Shown here piece after piece: positions 9,156 to 18,764 of a stretch of 64,000 bases of DNA; within the stretch, counting starts at the first letter, position 1, and every line of letters begins with the position of its first letter. The translations under genes and the position numbers were made by a program. Under the pieces are notes generated by a model that was not told the DNA's origin, made no database searches, and saw only the letters and a program-made list of their open reading frames with translations. Source of the DNA: an uncultured Nitrososphaerota archaeon (GTDB taxonomy: Archaea; Thermoproteota; Nitrososphaeria; Nitrososphaerales; Gagatemarchaeaceae); assembly GCA_963703285.1 (NCBI GenBank), contig OY969807.1, forward strand, positions 288,001 to 352,000. Reading direction: 5' to 3'.

Positions 9156-10260
9156 CGCAGCCCAACTAAGCTCCGCGCAGGCCCAGGCGGCTTCGCTCAG
9201 CGGTCAGCTGAGTTCGACTCAGGCGCAGCTCACCAGCGCGAGCTCCGCGCTGACGAGCGTCAGCTCGCAGCTCACCTCGACCCAGCAGGCGCTCTCGAGC
9301 GCGAATGGGCAGGTAGCGTCGCTGAACACCCAGGTCACGTCCCTGAACTCCGCCGTCTCCAGCGCGACCATGCAGGCGACGACCCTTCAGGACAACCTGG
9401 ACACGCAGTCCGCTTTCCTCTCCCTTAGCACGACGGAGCAGGTGGAACTTGAAGCGATATGCGAGTGCATCATCCCGTCCGATAGCACCGGACCCGGGGC
9501 AAAGGAGGCAGGAGCAATCTACTTCATAGACAGACAGCTGAAGGGCGTGTACGGGACGAACGGCCTGATGTATAGGCAGGAACCGTACATCCCCTCGAAC
9601 GTCTCGACCACACTCACGGTGTTAAGCTCGGCCGGAACTCCGATCACTTACCCCGGAGGCTCGGTCACGTACGTGAACGGTCCCAACTCGTTCACGGTGA
9701 AGTACAATCCAACCGCCAACGTCAGGGTCGGCGCAGGGTCCCGGTATCAGTACGCGTTCGACATGAAGGAGTTCTGGACGATAGGCCTCGCAGGCATCCA
9801 GCAGTACGCCAACGCCAAGTACGGCGGAAACTTCGAGACGCTCTCGGCAACGAACCAGACAGCCTGCCTAACCGACCTCTGGAACAACGTGCCAACCTAC
9901 GACGGCGCGGGCGGTGCCATCACGGGTGGATCGCCGAGCAGCAACCAGGGGGTCATACCGAACATCAACGCCCCATCCGGACTCGACAGCAGCGTTGCAG
10001 TCCCCGGAACTCAGTTCGGAGCCGTCCTTCCTTCAGACTTCGCATACGAGCTGTTCTTCATGGTGTGGAACGGCTACTGGGTGGACCCAGTGTACGGTGG
10101 CAACAAGGGAATGGTCGGGTGGTCCTACGTCGGGTTCCACGGTGTCAACCTGGGCGACTTCTACAACGAAGGATACACATCGAAGCAGCTCATGGTCGCG
10201 ACGACACCGATCACCCTCAAGCCAGCGAGCCTCGGGCAGTACCAGAAGGGGTCCGCATAG
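8944..10260 (+). CDS. Gluconate 2-dehydrogenase subunit 3-like protein, paralog 2 (Tat + coiled-coil stalk)
   Basis: Same leader as 4927; IIPSDSTGPGAKEAGAIYFIDRQL; DPVYGGNKGMVGW. Confidence 0.85.
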   Translation: MADSSKPMTKEGDRRTFLKIGAGVVAGAVVAGVATDAYLSSVIGSNNSSSSSAVASLSNQLASTQNELSSTAAQLSSAQAQAASLSGQLSSTQAQLTSASSALTSVSSQLTSTQQALSSANGQVASLNTQVTSLNSAVSSATMQATTLQDNLDTQSAFLSLSTTEQVELEAICECIIPSDSTGPGAKEAGAIYFIDRQLKGVYGTNGLMYRQEPYIPSNVSTTLTVLSSAGTPITYPGGSVTYVNGPNSFTVKYNPTANVRVGAGSRYQYAFDMKEFWTIGLAGIQQYANAKYGGNFETLSATNQTACLTDLWNNVPTYDGAGGAITGGSPSSNQGVIPNINAPSGLDSSVAVPGTQFGAVLPSDFAYELFFMVWNGYWVDPVYGGNKGMVGWSYVGFHGVNLGDFYNEGYTSKQLMVATTPITLKPASLGQYQKGSA

Positions 10261-10272
10261 GAGCTGATGGAG

Positions 10273-12159
10273 ATGTCTACTACAATCACGGAACCGGCGG
10301 CCGACGTCGTCCTGATGGGCGTCGGGGTAGTGAGCGGCACAATCGCGGCCGAGCTCACTGCCGCGGGATACAAGGTGGCGGGTATCGTCAGGGGTCCCTA
10401 CTGGAACTTCGTGACCGACTTCGCGTCCACCAAGTACGACGAATGGGGCATCCAGTGGGAGAGGAAGTTCGACGTCCCATACTCCTGGGGAGCCCAGACA
10501 ATCAGAAACAACTCCAACCAGTTCGCACTTCCCATACGGAGAGCGACCTTCCCCATCCAATACCACAACTTTGGGTTGGGTGTAGGCGGAGCGGCGCACC
10601 ACTACGGTGGGGCCATGGGCAGGAACAGCCCTTGGGGCTTCTCCATGATGTCCTCGACGGTCAACCGTTACGGTGCGAGTTTCCTCCCCTCGATCAACCC
10701 CTTCGATGACACCGAGGACTGGCCGATGACCTATGCCGAGTACGAGCCATACTACTCGGCTTGGGAACAGAACTTCGGTCTCAGTGGCCACACCGCAGGG
10801 AGCAACGGAAACGGCGAAGCCATCACCTCTGCTGGCATCGCCGGCGGACCCGCCATACCCATGAGCAAGGACTATCCACTTCCTGGACATCCAGATACAC
10901 CCCTCGGCACGCTGTTCAAGACAGCCACTGCGGATCTGGGTTACAACCCATTCCCAACGACAAGCTCACTCGCGTCCGAAGCCTACGTGAACCCGTACGG
11001 GGTCACGATCAACGGGTGCGTCTATGAAGGATGGTGCACAGGCGGAGGATGCAACTTCGTCTGCGAGACGGGCGCCAAGGGCAACTCGGCGTTCAGAAGC
11101 GTCCCCGCGGCGGTCAAGTCCGGCAAGTTCACCCTCTCCCTGAACAGCGAGGTATTCAGGATGGACTACGACACAACAACAGGGCTCGTCACCGCTGCAA
11201 GGTACTACGACGCGGCAGGTAACGTCCACATCCAGCCCGGCACGGCCTTCTTCAACGGTCTCCACGGTGGCAACCAGGTCAGGGCGATGCTCACGTCAGG
11301 TGTGGGTGTCCCGTACAATCCGACCACTGTCACGGGGACCGTGGGCAGGGGCTACACCAACGGCTACCTCCCGTTCAGCGGCACCGGAGGCCCGAGCGGT
11401 TCGATCGCGGGGCTGGGCCTCAACTCCATCGCAGGAAACGGGGGCGGAGGCTACACCCTCTACGAGTTCATGGACGACGGCTTCGACCACACGGGACTGA
11501 CCTTCATCGGCGGACCCGAGCAGTCCGCTGGAGGCTACTCAGGAAGCGGTCCCACCAACGTATCCACGGCCGGTGGCGCGAGCTCTGGCAGCCAAGGCAG
11601 CAAGTACAAGGCGACGCTGCAGAACAGGTACATCACGGGCGGCAGCGCCGCACGCGTGGGCTTCGGAGGAATGGGGCCAGACCTTCCCAACACGCTCAAC
11701 ATGTGGGACCTCGACCCACACTACAACGACCTATGGGGAGACCCCATACCAAGAATCACGCACGAGTGGACCCCGAACCCCTATCAGTCGGCCACCTACT
11801 TCGCTTCAGCGCCCGGGAACACGGCTTTCATACCGATCCTGAACAAGTTGGGCGCAACGAACATCTCCGACGGGGGGACCACAATCGTGCAGCCTTACAG
11901 CGCACACAACGACTGGTGGGGACACCACATCAGAGGAGGCAACAGGGTCGGCCTGTCCTCGAGCTCCTCCACATTCAACGCGTACCAGCAGTGCTGGACG
12001 GCACCAAACCTCTTCGCCGCGGGCGAATGCAACAACACGACGGGCGACACGGTTCCATCCGGGACGCACCAGGCAGGGATGCAGTCGGAAGTAGCATCGG
12101 AAGGCATCCAGATGTACCTGAAGAACACGTCTGGCGGCCTGCTAGTAGCGTCGAAGTAA
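10273..12159 (+). CDS. GMC oxidoreductase, paralog 2
   Basis: MSTTITEPAADVV start matches paralog 1 (alternative ATG 10267); GVGGAAHHYGG; CVYEGWC..C..C; HIRGG. Confidence 0.85.
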   Translation: MSTTITEPAADVVLMGVGVVSGTIAAELTAAGYKVAGIVRGPYWNFVTDFASTKYDEWGIQWERKFDVPYSWGAQTIRNNSNQFALPIRRATFPIQYHNFGLGVGGAAHHYGGAMGRNSPWGFSMMSSTVNRYGASFLPSINPFDDTEDWPMTYAEYEPYYSAWEQNFGLSGHTAGSNGNGEAITSAGIAGGPAIPMSKDYPLPGHPDTPLGTLFKTATADLGYNPFPTTSSLASEAYVNPYGVTINGCVYEGWCTGGGCNFVCETGAKGNSAFRSVPAAVKSGKFTLSLNSEVFRMDYDTTTGLVTAARYYDAAGNVHIQPGTAFFNGLHGGNQVRAMLTSGVGVPYNPTTVTGTVGRGYTNGYLPFSGTGGPSGSIAGLGLNSIAGNGGGGYTLYEFMDDGFDHTGLTFIGGPEQSAGGYSGSGPTNVSTAGGASSGSQGSKYKATLQNRYITGGSAARVGFGGMGPDLPNTLNMWDLDPHYNDLWGDPIPRITHEWTPNPYQSATYFASAPGNTAFIPILNKLGATNISDGGTTIVQPYSAHNDWWGHHIRGGNRVGLSSSSSTFNAYQQCWTAPNLFAAGECNNTTGDTVPSGTHQAGMQSEVASEGIQMYLKNTSGGLLVASK

Positions 12160-12362
12160 GCGTCCAAAGAAGAGAGGTGCCTGAACAAGGCACCTTCTTT
12201 CCTCATTTTCTAGGATTTTTGCAGCTGTGTGAAGCCACACTTACTGCTATCAGTTTCGATCAAGGGTTCCAATCGCTGGCACGAGCCCTTCCGATCAGTG
12301 TCGCTCTGGGTTCCAGGGCAGGGCCTAGGATTTATTTAGTGCCGCGGAGGAGAGTTCAGGTA

Positions 12363-12623
12363 ATGGCTGAGAAACAAGCTGACCAGGCTGGAGCCGTCGA
12401 GGGAGGCCGAGCGACCCCGGAATCTCCGGAAGCCGCCCCCGTTCCCGCGAAGGAGCGGCCCACCTTCGTCTGCGAGTCCTGTGGTCCGCAGAAGCCAGTA
12501 CAGGAGGTCTATCAGTGCACGCTTTGCACATTGAGCTATTGTGTCAACCATATCGCCCCCATGGCTCACTATTGCTTCGGCGCACTAGGCAAGCCACAGA
12601 CCATCGGCGTGTCGGGATCCTAG
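12363..12623 (+). CDS. AN1-like zinc-finger protein
   Basis: CESC..CTLC...YCVNH.....HYC. Confidence 0.7.
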   Translation: MAEKQADQAGAVEGGRATPESPEAAPVPAKERPTFVCESCGPQKPVQEVYQCTLCTLSYCVNHIAPMAHYCFGALGKPQTIGVSGS

Positions 12624-12768
12624 GGTCGGCAGGACATCCGCCCGCTGGACTGGGCCCGGAGCTCGGAGTCCCTTCGTTCGAACGTACTCCTCGCTGAGAC
12701 AGATTTCTTCACACGCACGTCAACCGGGTCGACTGGTCGAAAGACCGATAATTTTTTCTAAGAGACGG

Positions 12769-12954
12769 ATGGCTGGCCCAGCCATGACCGTGAAAGAGGC
12801 CGACGTCGCGGGGGAGAAGAAGCCGACGTTCATCTGCGATTTCTGTGGTCCCGAGAAGCCCGCGGATCAAGTGTTTCAGTGTACGGTCTGCCTGAAGGAC
12901 TTCTGCGTGGTCCATCTCGTCACCTGGGCACACGACTGCTTTCACAACGAGTGA
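12769..12954 (+). CDS. AN1-like zinc-finger protein
   Basis: CDFC..CTVC...FCVVH.....HDC. Confidence 0.75.
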   Translation: MAGPAMTVKEADVAGEKKPTFICDFCGPEKPADQVFQCTVCLKDFCVVHLVTWAHDCFHNE

Positions 12955-13090
12955 AATCCAACAGCGGCGGCGCTACGGGCGGAGGACGGCGTTCGCCTTC
13001 CTCCGAATCCTAAGACGTGGACGTCTCTCGACAGAGCTGCTTAGGAAGAGCTAATATCTCCCCTCGAGCGCTGTCGTTGAGGAGATAGAA

Positions 13091-13693
13091 TTGCTCAACG
13101 CGCCCAGGAAGGGTCCGCCCCCGAAGCTCGAAATGTACTCGAGCAGGGTCCCCAAGCCGGAGGAGATTGTGCTAGTCCCCCAGCCGATCCTCAAGACGTC
13201 AATGAAGGTCCTGGATAGGCTGAAGGACAACGTCAGGGCAAAGTGGGCCGTAGGAGGGGATGCGGGCGAGGTGATGTCGGGCGTGAACGTCACCCCGGAA
13301 TACCTGGAGATCCTCACGACAAAGGACGGATGCGACGAGATATGCAAGGAGCTGGCCGAGTATCAGACCTTAGCACCGTCGGTCGTCGAGAGGAAGCTCT
13401 CGAAGGAGGCGGACATAGACGGAAAGATGCTCCCCGTCTACACGAAGAGCTACTATGCCGAACTCACGATCGATGGTGTCAAGGTCGAGGTCCACGGTGA
13501 CGAGCAGATCAAGGTGGGCGAGTGGGAATGGGGAGACCCATTGGACTTCACGCCAGATTACACCTACATCCCGGGTGGGAAGCTCCCGCTCGTCCCCCTG
13601 TCGCTGAAGAGCGAGCTCTACATCGGCTTGGGCTGGCTAGACCGTGTAAGGCTGGTATCCGACGCGGTCCTCGCGAAGCATCACGGCCACTGA
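13091..13693 (+). CDS. Nucleotidyltransferase-fold protein
   Basis: WAVGGDAG..SGVNVTPEYLEILT resembles the pol-beta-like NTase signature (acidic residues diverged). Confidence 0.55.
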   Translation: MLNAPRKGPPPKLEMYSSRVPKPEEIVLVPQPILKTSMKVLDRLKDNVRAKWAVGGDAGEVMSGVNVTPEYLEILTTKDGCDEICKELAEYQTLAPSVVERKLSKEADIDGKMLPVYTKSYYAELTIDGVKVEVHGDEQIKVGEWEWGDPLDFTPDYTYIPGGKLPLVPLSLKSELYIGLGWLDRVRLVSDAVLAKHHGH

Positions 13694-13706
13694 AGTTGGT
13701 CGGGGC

Positions 13707-14054
13707 TCAGGCGCCGCAGAGGAAGCACCTGAGATCGGAACCGGTAGGGCTCGCAGGGTGCGTCTTGTTCTCCAGCTGCCCGCGGAAGTTGTGATACTGC
13801 GCGCATTCCGTCTCGAAGGCTATCTTCGGGTTGCCCAAGCTGAACTTGAAGTAGGCGTACTTCATGGTCGAGAGCTTCTCCGTTATCTCGGCCCTCAGGT
13901 CGGAGTCGGACCTTCCGATGTATCTCGGGATGAACTCGCCTGAATCGTCCTTGAATCCGAGGACGTAGTTGCCTGGCTCCCCCGGCCTGACCATGCGCTC
14001 TATCACGACCTGTTCGAATCTGAACACGTTCGGTCCCATCCAGAGGTCAGGCAT
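13707..14054 (-). CDS. Small GIY-YIG-like protein with C-terminal CxxC
   Basis: PGNYVLG ... YIGRSD ... FETEC ... N..HP ... CFLC. Confidence 0.55.
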   Translation of the reverse strand: MPDLWMGPNVFRFEQVVIERMVRPGEPGNYVLGFKDDSGEFIPRYIGRSDSDLRAEITEKLSTMKYAYFKFSLGNPKIAFETECAQYHNFRGQLENKTHPASPTGSDLRCFLCGA

Positions 14055-14231
14055 GCAATCGTCGGCCCGGACGAGCCGTAATTATAGTTGTGCTCGTATC
14101 TCCACAGAGTCGAAGGCCAATCCGTGTGATTCGTGCCAATCGACCGGGCCTCGAACAGGTATGGCGGTCCTCGCCGACCCGCGACCGTCACCCCAAAACC
14201 TTTTTCTAGGAAGAGACGCTACCGTCGGCAT

Positions 14232-14600
14232 ATGTCTTCTCCGGCGAAGCCAATACTACTCACTGCCAACTATGTGACTGGCTACAAGGTGGATAGGGTC
14301 CTCGGCCTCGTCTATGGGATCACCGTAAGGTCCCGGGGCGTCGGAGGGAACATAATGGCGGGGCTGCGCACGCTCAAGGGCGGCGAGATCAACGAGTACA
14401 CGGAGATGGCCCACCAGGCCCGGCAGCAAGCCCTGGACAGACTCTCGGACCAGGCGGCCAAGATCGGTGCGAACGCCGTAATCAGCGTGATGTTCGACTC
14501 CACCGAGATCGGGAGCACGATGGACGAGATAATCGCCTTCGGCACCGCGGTCGTCGTCACGCCTACCTCAGACCCACAGCAGTTCGTCCGACTCAGCTGA
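14232..14600 (+). CDS. YbjQ/UPF0145 family protein
   Basis: VLGLVYGITVRSR ... GGEINEYTEM ... GANAVI ... FGTAV. Confidence 0.9.
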   Translation: MSSPAKPILLTANYVTGYKVDRVLGLVYGITVRSRGVGGNIMAGLRTLKGGEINEYTEMAHQARQQALDRLSDQAAKIGANAVISVMFDSTEIGSTMDEIIAFGTAVVVTPTSDPQQFVRLS

Positions 14601-14712
14601 TGCGTCTAGTCGGCGCGGAAGGCGCGTGACTCTCCTCCGCGAGCGTCCCGAAATCACTATGGTTATATAACCACTGATTAGTGGGCGTCCAATACGTTCT
14701 GGGGATTTCCAA

Positions 14713-16398
14713 GTGACCGAGCCACAACCTTCTCCCGCCAAGGCGAGTTCTGAAGCCTCACCCTCCGCCGCAGGGTCCGCGCTCTCCCAAACCCAGGCCA
14801 TACCGAGAAGGAACTTCGTCCTGATAATCGCCGGCCTCATGACGGGCCTCCTGCTCGGCGCGCTCGACCAGACGATCGTAGCCACCGCGGGTCCGACCAT
14901 AATCTCCGACCTCGGCGGTCTCAACGTGTACGCGTGGGTCTTCAGCGCCTACATCCTGACGCAGACGGTCGCGATGCCGATCTTCGGGAAGCTCTCCGAC
15001 CTCTACGGTCGCAGGAGGTTCTTCGTCCTCGGGCTCGTCATCTTCATGGCGGGCTCGATTGCCTCCGGGGCGGCGCAGAACATAGACTGGCTCATCGTCT
15101 CGAGGGCCGTCCAGGGACTCGGGGGCGGGGCGTTCTTCCCCATCGCCCTGAGCATTGCCGGCGTCACATTCCCCCCCGAGCAGAGGGGCCGGATAACGGG
15201 CATCTTCTCGAGCGTCTTCGGTATCGCGTCCGTCCTCGGTCCGTCGGTGGGCACCTACATCGTCGACATCGTCAACTGGAGGTGGGTCTTCTACATCAAC
15301 CTCCCCCTGGGCGTCGCTTCGATAATCCTGCTCTTCGCCGGCCTGGCCGAGTCCAAGAGCCCCATCAAGCCCAGGCTCGACCTCCTCGGGATTCCTGCGC
15401 TCGCGGGATGGATCGCGCTGCTGGACGTTGGGTTTCTCAACGGGGGGTCCACCTACCCGTGGGTGTCGTGGCAGGAGTCGGGTTTCTTCCTAGGCGCGGC
15501 CGCCCTCTTCGTGGCGTTCATCCAGATTGAGAGGCGGGCGTCGGAGCCGGTCCTACCGCTGAGCCTCTTCAAGGTCAGGAACATCTCGTCCGCCTCGGGC
15601 GTTTCGTTCCTGAGGGGGCTGATGCTCCTGGCGGTCGTCTCGTACATCCCGCTCTTCGTCGAGGCAGGACTGGGACGCTCCATAAACACCTCGAGCGAGG
15701 TGCTCGACGCCTTCCTCCTTCCAATGATCGTCGCGAGCATCTTAGGCGGGGTGCTCGTCACAAGGCTGAGCTACAGGACCCTCACGGTCGTCGGCCTCCT
15801 GATCGCAACCGCCGGGGCCTACACGCTCACCCTCTTCGATGCGACCGTGGGGACGGCCCAGATAATGGAGTCGGTTGCCATAGCGGGTTTCGGGGTGGGC
15901 ATGACCTTCTCCGCGACCTTCCTCGCCATACAGAACTCCGCGCCGAGGAAGCAGATCGGGATAGCCTCCTCGCTGCCTCAGTTCATGGGAAACCTAGGAG
16001 GGACCATCGGCCTGGCGATTCTCGGGACCATCCAGGTCAACACCTTCGCCTCCAAGGTGCACGGAGTGCTGGCGCAGGTACCCCCTCAGGACCAGCAGCT
16101 CGCCTCACAGTACCTCGGGAATGCCAACCAGGCGGGCCAGATACTCGCCTCTCCGCAGGCGCTGCAGCAGCTCCTCTCGTCCTATCCCTCTCTCGGCTCG
16201 CTGATTCCAGAGCTCAGAGTGGCGTTCGTCGCCTCCATCAGCCCCCTCTTTGAGGCGGGTGTCGTGATGGCCGCAGCTTCCGTCGTCGCCGGTCTGCTCT
16301 TCCGTGGCTCCATGAAGCAGCAGCTTCTGGCGCGGCGGCTCGCCGCCGAAGCCTCGGGCGCGAAGGTAGACGAAACGCCTACCGCGGCGCCGATGTAG
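14713..16398 (+). CDS. MFS transporter, DHA2 (EmrB/QacA) family
   Basis: LDQTIVATA; GKLSDLYGRRR; WRWVFYINLP. Confidence 0.92.
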   Translation: MTEPQPSPAKASSEASPSAAGSALSQTQAIPRRNFVLIIAGLMTGLLLGALDQTIVATAGPTIISDLGGLNVYAWVFSAYILTQTVAMPIFGKLSDLYGRRRFFVLGLVIFMAGSIASGAAQNIDWLIVSRAVQGLGGGAFFPIALSIAGVTFPPEQRGRITGIFSSVFGIASVLGPSVGTYIVDIVNWRWVFYINLPLGVASIILLFAGLAESKSPIKPRLDLLGIPALAGWIALLDVGFLNGGSTYPWVSWQESGFFLGAAALFVAFIQIERRASEPVLPLSLFKVRNISSASGVSFLRGLMLLAVVSYIPLFVEAGLGRSINTSSEVLDAFLLPMIVASILGGVLVTRLSYRTLTVVGLLIATAGAYTLTLFDATVGTAQIMESVAIAGFGVGMTFSATFLAIQNSAPRKQIGIASSLPQFMGNLGGTIGLAILGTIQVNTFASKVHGVLAQVPPQDQQLASQYLGNANQAGQILASPQALQQLLSSYPSLGSLIPELRVAFVASISPLFEAGVVMAAASVVAGLLFRGSMKQQLLARRLAAEASGAKVDETPTAAPM

Positions 16399-16454
16399 CC
16401 CGGGTTGGAGGCCTACGTCGACCCGACCCACGCGAAAGGGAGAAATCCCCTATC

Positions 16455-17915
16455 GTGGCGGCATCCGGGATGCAATACAAGTGGGTTGCGCTCTCCAACA
16501 CCACCATCGGCACACTGATGTCCTCCCTCGACACCAACATCGTGCTGATAGCGCTCCCCACGATAGGGCGGGAACTCTCCAACACCAGCGTGGCCGACCT
16601 GCTCTGGACCCTCCTGGGCTACCAGCTCATCACGGCCTCCGTCCTGGTCAACTTCGGGAGGCTCTCCGACATGTTCGGGAGGGTGAGGCTCTACACTCTT
16701 GGGTTCGCGGTCTTCACGGCGGGGTCGGCCCTCTGCAGCCTCTCCCAGTCGGGAATCGAGCTCGTCTTCTTCAGGATGCTCCAGGCCTTCGGCTCCGCCT
16801 TCCTGTTCTCGAACAGCGCCGCCATACTCACCGACGCCTTCCCTCTAAACGAGCGGGGAAAGGCACTCGGCGTCAACCAGTCGTCCATCGTGGCGGGGTC
16901 TGTCTCGGGGCTCGTCCTCGGCGGTGTCCTGACCTCGACCATCGGATGGCGGTCCATCTTCTGGGTGAACATCCCCATAGGCATCTTCGCTACCGTCTGG
17001 TCGCACTACAAGCTCCGTGAAATCAGCCGGCAGACCGAGCGTCAGCGGATCGACATCGTCGGCAACATCACCTTCGCTGGCGGTATCTCGTCCATACTCG
17101 TGGGCATGACGCTGAACCTCATAGCTGGGCTCAGCCTCGTCATGACCTACGCGCTGATCGGCCTCGGCGCGGCCCTCCTGGTGGCGTTTCTCGTCACGGA
17201 GAGGATCGTGAGCATGCCAATGCTGACGCTCTCGCTCTTCCGTGTCAGGGCGTTCGCGGCGGGCAACCTCGCAATCATCCTGAACTCGCTGGCTCGAGGT
17301 GCGGTAACCCTGGTGCTCGTCTTCTACCTCCAGGGCCCGACCATGCGTCTCAGCGCACTGACCGCGGGGCTCTTCCTCATCCCAACCTCCGCCTCGCTGG
17401 CCTTCTTCGGTCCGATAAGCGGGTACCTCTCGGACCGCTACGGGGCCCGGCTTCTATCTACGATCGGGCTGCTCGTCTCCTCGATCGGGTTCCTGCTCCT
17501 CACGGGCCTCGGCCCCCGGGTGTCATTCCTGGGGTTGGCGGTCCCCCTGATCTTCGTCGGGAGCGGTATGGGACTCTTCGCCGCGCCCAACAGGGCCTCG
17601 ATAATGAACTCCGTCCCGCCCGAGGAGAGGGGCATCGCCTCGGGCATCAGCGTCACCTTCGTCAACCTGGGCTCCACTCTGAGCCTGGCGGTCGCGTTTC
17701 TGGTCATGGCGACCGTCACCCCCTTGAATACGCTCGTCCAGATCTTCCTGGGAACCGGCTCGGGCACAGCGGCTTCGACGGCGAGCTTCATCAGCTCGAC
17801 CCACGTGGTCTTCCTCCTCTCGACCGCTTTTCTCCTCCTTGCACTGATCCCCTCGCTGCTGAGGGGACCGCGGCAGGCGACCGTGGAGATTCCCGTCGAC
17901 GAGCCTGAGCAGTGA
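16455..17915 (+). CDS. MFS transporter, DHA2 family
   Basis: LDTNIVLIALP; GRLSDMFGR; WRSIFWVNIPIG. Confidence 0.92.
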   Translation: MAASGMQYKWVALSNTTIGTLMSSLDTNIVLIALPTIGRELSNTSVADLLWTLLGYQLITASVLVNFGRLSDMFGRVRLYTLGFAVFTAGSALCSLSQSGIELVFFRMLQAFGSAFLFSNSAAILTDAFPLNERGKALGVNQSSIVAGSVSGLVLGGVLTSTIGWRSIFWVNIPIGIFATVWSHYKLREISRQTERQRIDIVGNITFAGGISSILVGMTLNLIAGLSLVMTYALIGLGAALLVAFLVTERIVSMPMLTLSLFRVRAFAAGNLAIILNSLARGAVTLVLVFYLQGPTMRLSALTAGLFLIPTSASLAFFGPISGYLSDRYGARLLSTIGLLVSSIGFLLLTGLGPRVSFLGLAVPLIFVGSGMGLFAAPNRASIMNSVPPEERGIASGISVTFVNLGSTLSLAVAFLVMATVTPLNTLVQIFLGTGSGTAASTASFISSTHVVFLLSTAFLLLALIPSLLRGPRQATVEIPVDEPEQ

Positions 17916-17952
17916 CTCTCCCTTAAGTAACGACGGCTACCCTCCACGGGCC

Positions 17953-18207
17953 ATGGTTTCAAACGAAGAACCCGAGCCGCAGAGGAGCCTGAAGCGCGTC
18001 ACGTGGCAGTACGAGAACTGCCTGGCCTGCGTCTGGTTCAGGCCCAACGACCCTTTGAACGCCGACCTCTTCGAGAGGGGGATGTGCGTCCATTCGAAGC
18101 TCAAGGAGTTCGAGCTCGTCGTCTCCGGGCGAGACTGGTGCAACCTCTTCACCGAGATAAGGCAGAGGCAGATCGACAAGGTTCAGGAGAAGGCCTCGAA
18201 GGGCTGA
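17953..18207 (+). CDS. Four-cysteine small protein (HiPIP-like spacing)
   Basis: CLACVWF ... GMC ... VSGRDWCNLF. Confidence 0.6.
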   Translation: MVSNEEPEPQRSLKRVTWQYENCLACVWFRPNDPLNADLFERGMCVHSKLKEFELVVSGRDWCNLFTEIRQRQIDKVQEKASKG

Positions 18208-18213
18208 CCGGCA

Positions 18214-18699
18214 TCAGCGCGCCAGCGCGCGCCTGATCGCCGCCGCGGTCTCCGCCATCTCGCCCTCGTCGAGCTTGATCCTGTCCATCGGCCTTCCCCT
18301 GTCCTCCATCATGACGGGGATGACGTGCACGTGGACGTGGGCCACCACCTGGTTCGCCGCCTCGCCGTTGTTCTGGACGAACCTGAAGCCGTCCGACCCG
18401 GTGGCCTCCACGACTGCCCTCGAGACCTTGGCGGCCACCGAGAAGAGCCCCCCTATCTGTGATTCCGTCATGTCCCACACAGTTTCTCCGTGCGCCTTGG
18501 GACAGACGAGCGTGTGCCCCCTCGAGAACGGGTTGATGTCGAGGAACGCCAGGTAGTCCTCGTCCTCGTAGACGATGTGGGAAGGCAGCTCTCCCCGCTT
18601 GATCCGGCAGAAGACGCACCTCCCTTCGTCGACGCTGGCGGAGTTGACGATGCGCCTGGAAGCTCCTTTCAATCTGCTCCCCTGCCGGGCCCCGTCCAA
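18214..18699 (-). CDS. HIT family nucleotide hydrolase
   Basis: CVFC; AFLDINPFSRGHTLV; HVHVHVIP histidine triad; true start probably further downstream. Confidence 0.92.
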   Translation of the reverse strand: MDGARQGSRLKGASRRIVNSASVDEGRCVFCRIKRGELPSHIVYEDEDYLAFLDINPFSRGHTLVCPKAHGETVWDMTESQIGGLFSVAAKVSRAVVEATGSDGFRFVQNNGEAANQVVAHVHVHVIPVMMEDRGRPMDRIKLDEGEMAETAAAIRRALAR

Positions 18700-18764
18700 A
18701 AGTTCTAAACGTTTGCCTTGGCTTCAATCCCTCGCGGGTCGTGGCGGGGGGAGGTGCGAGGAGG

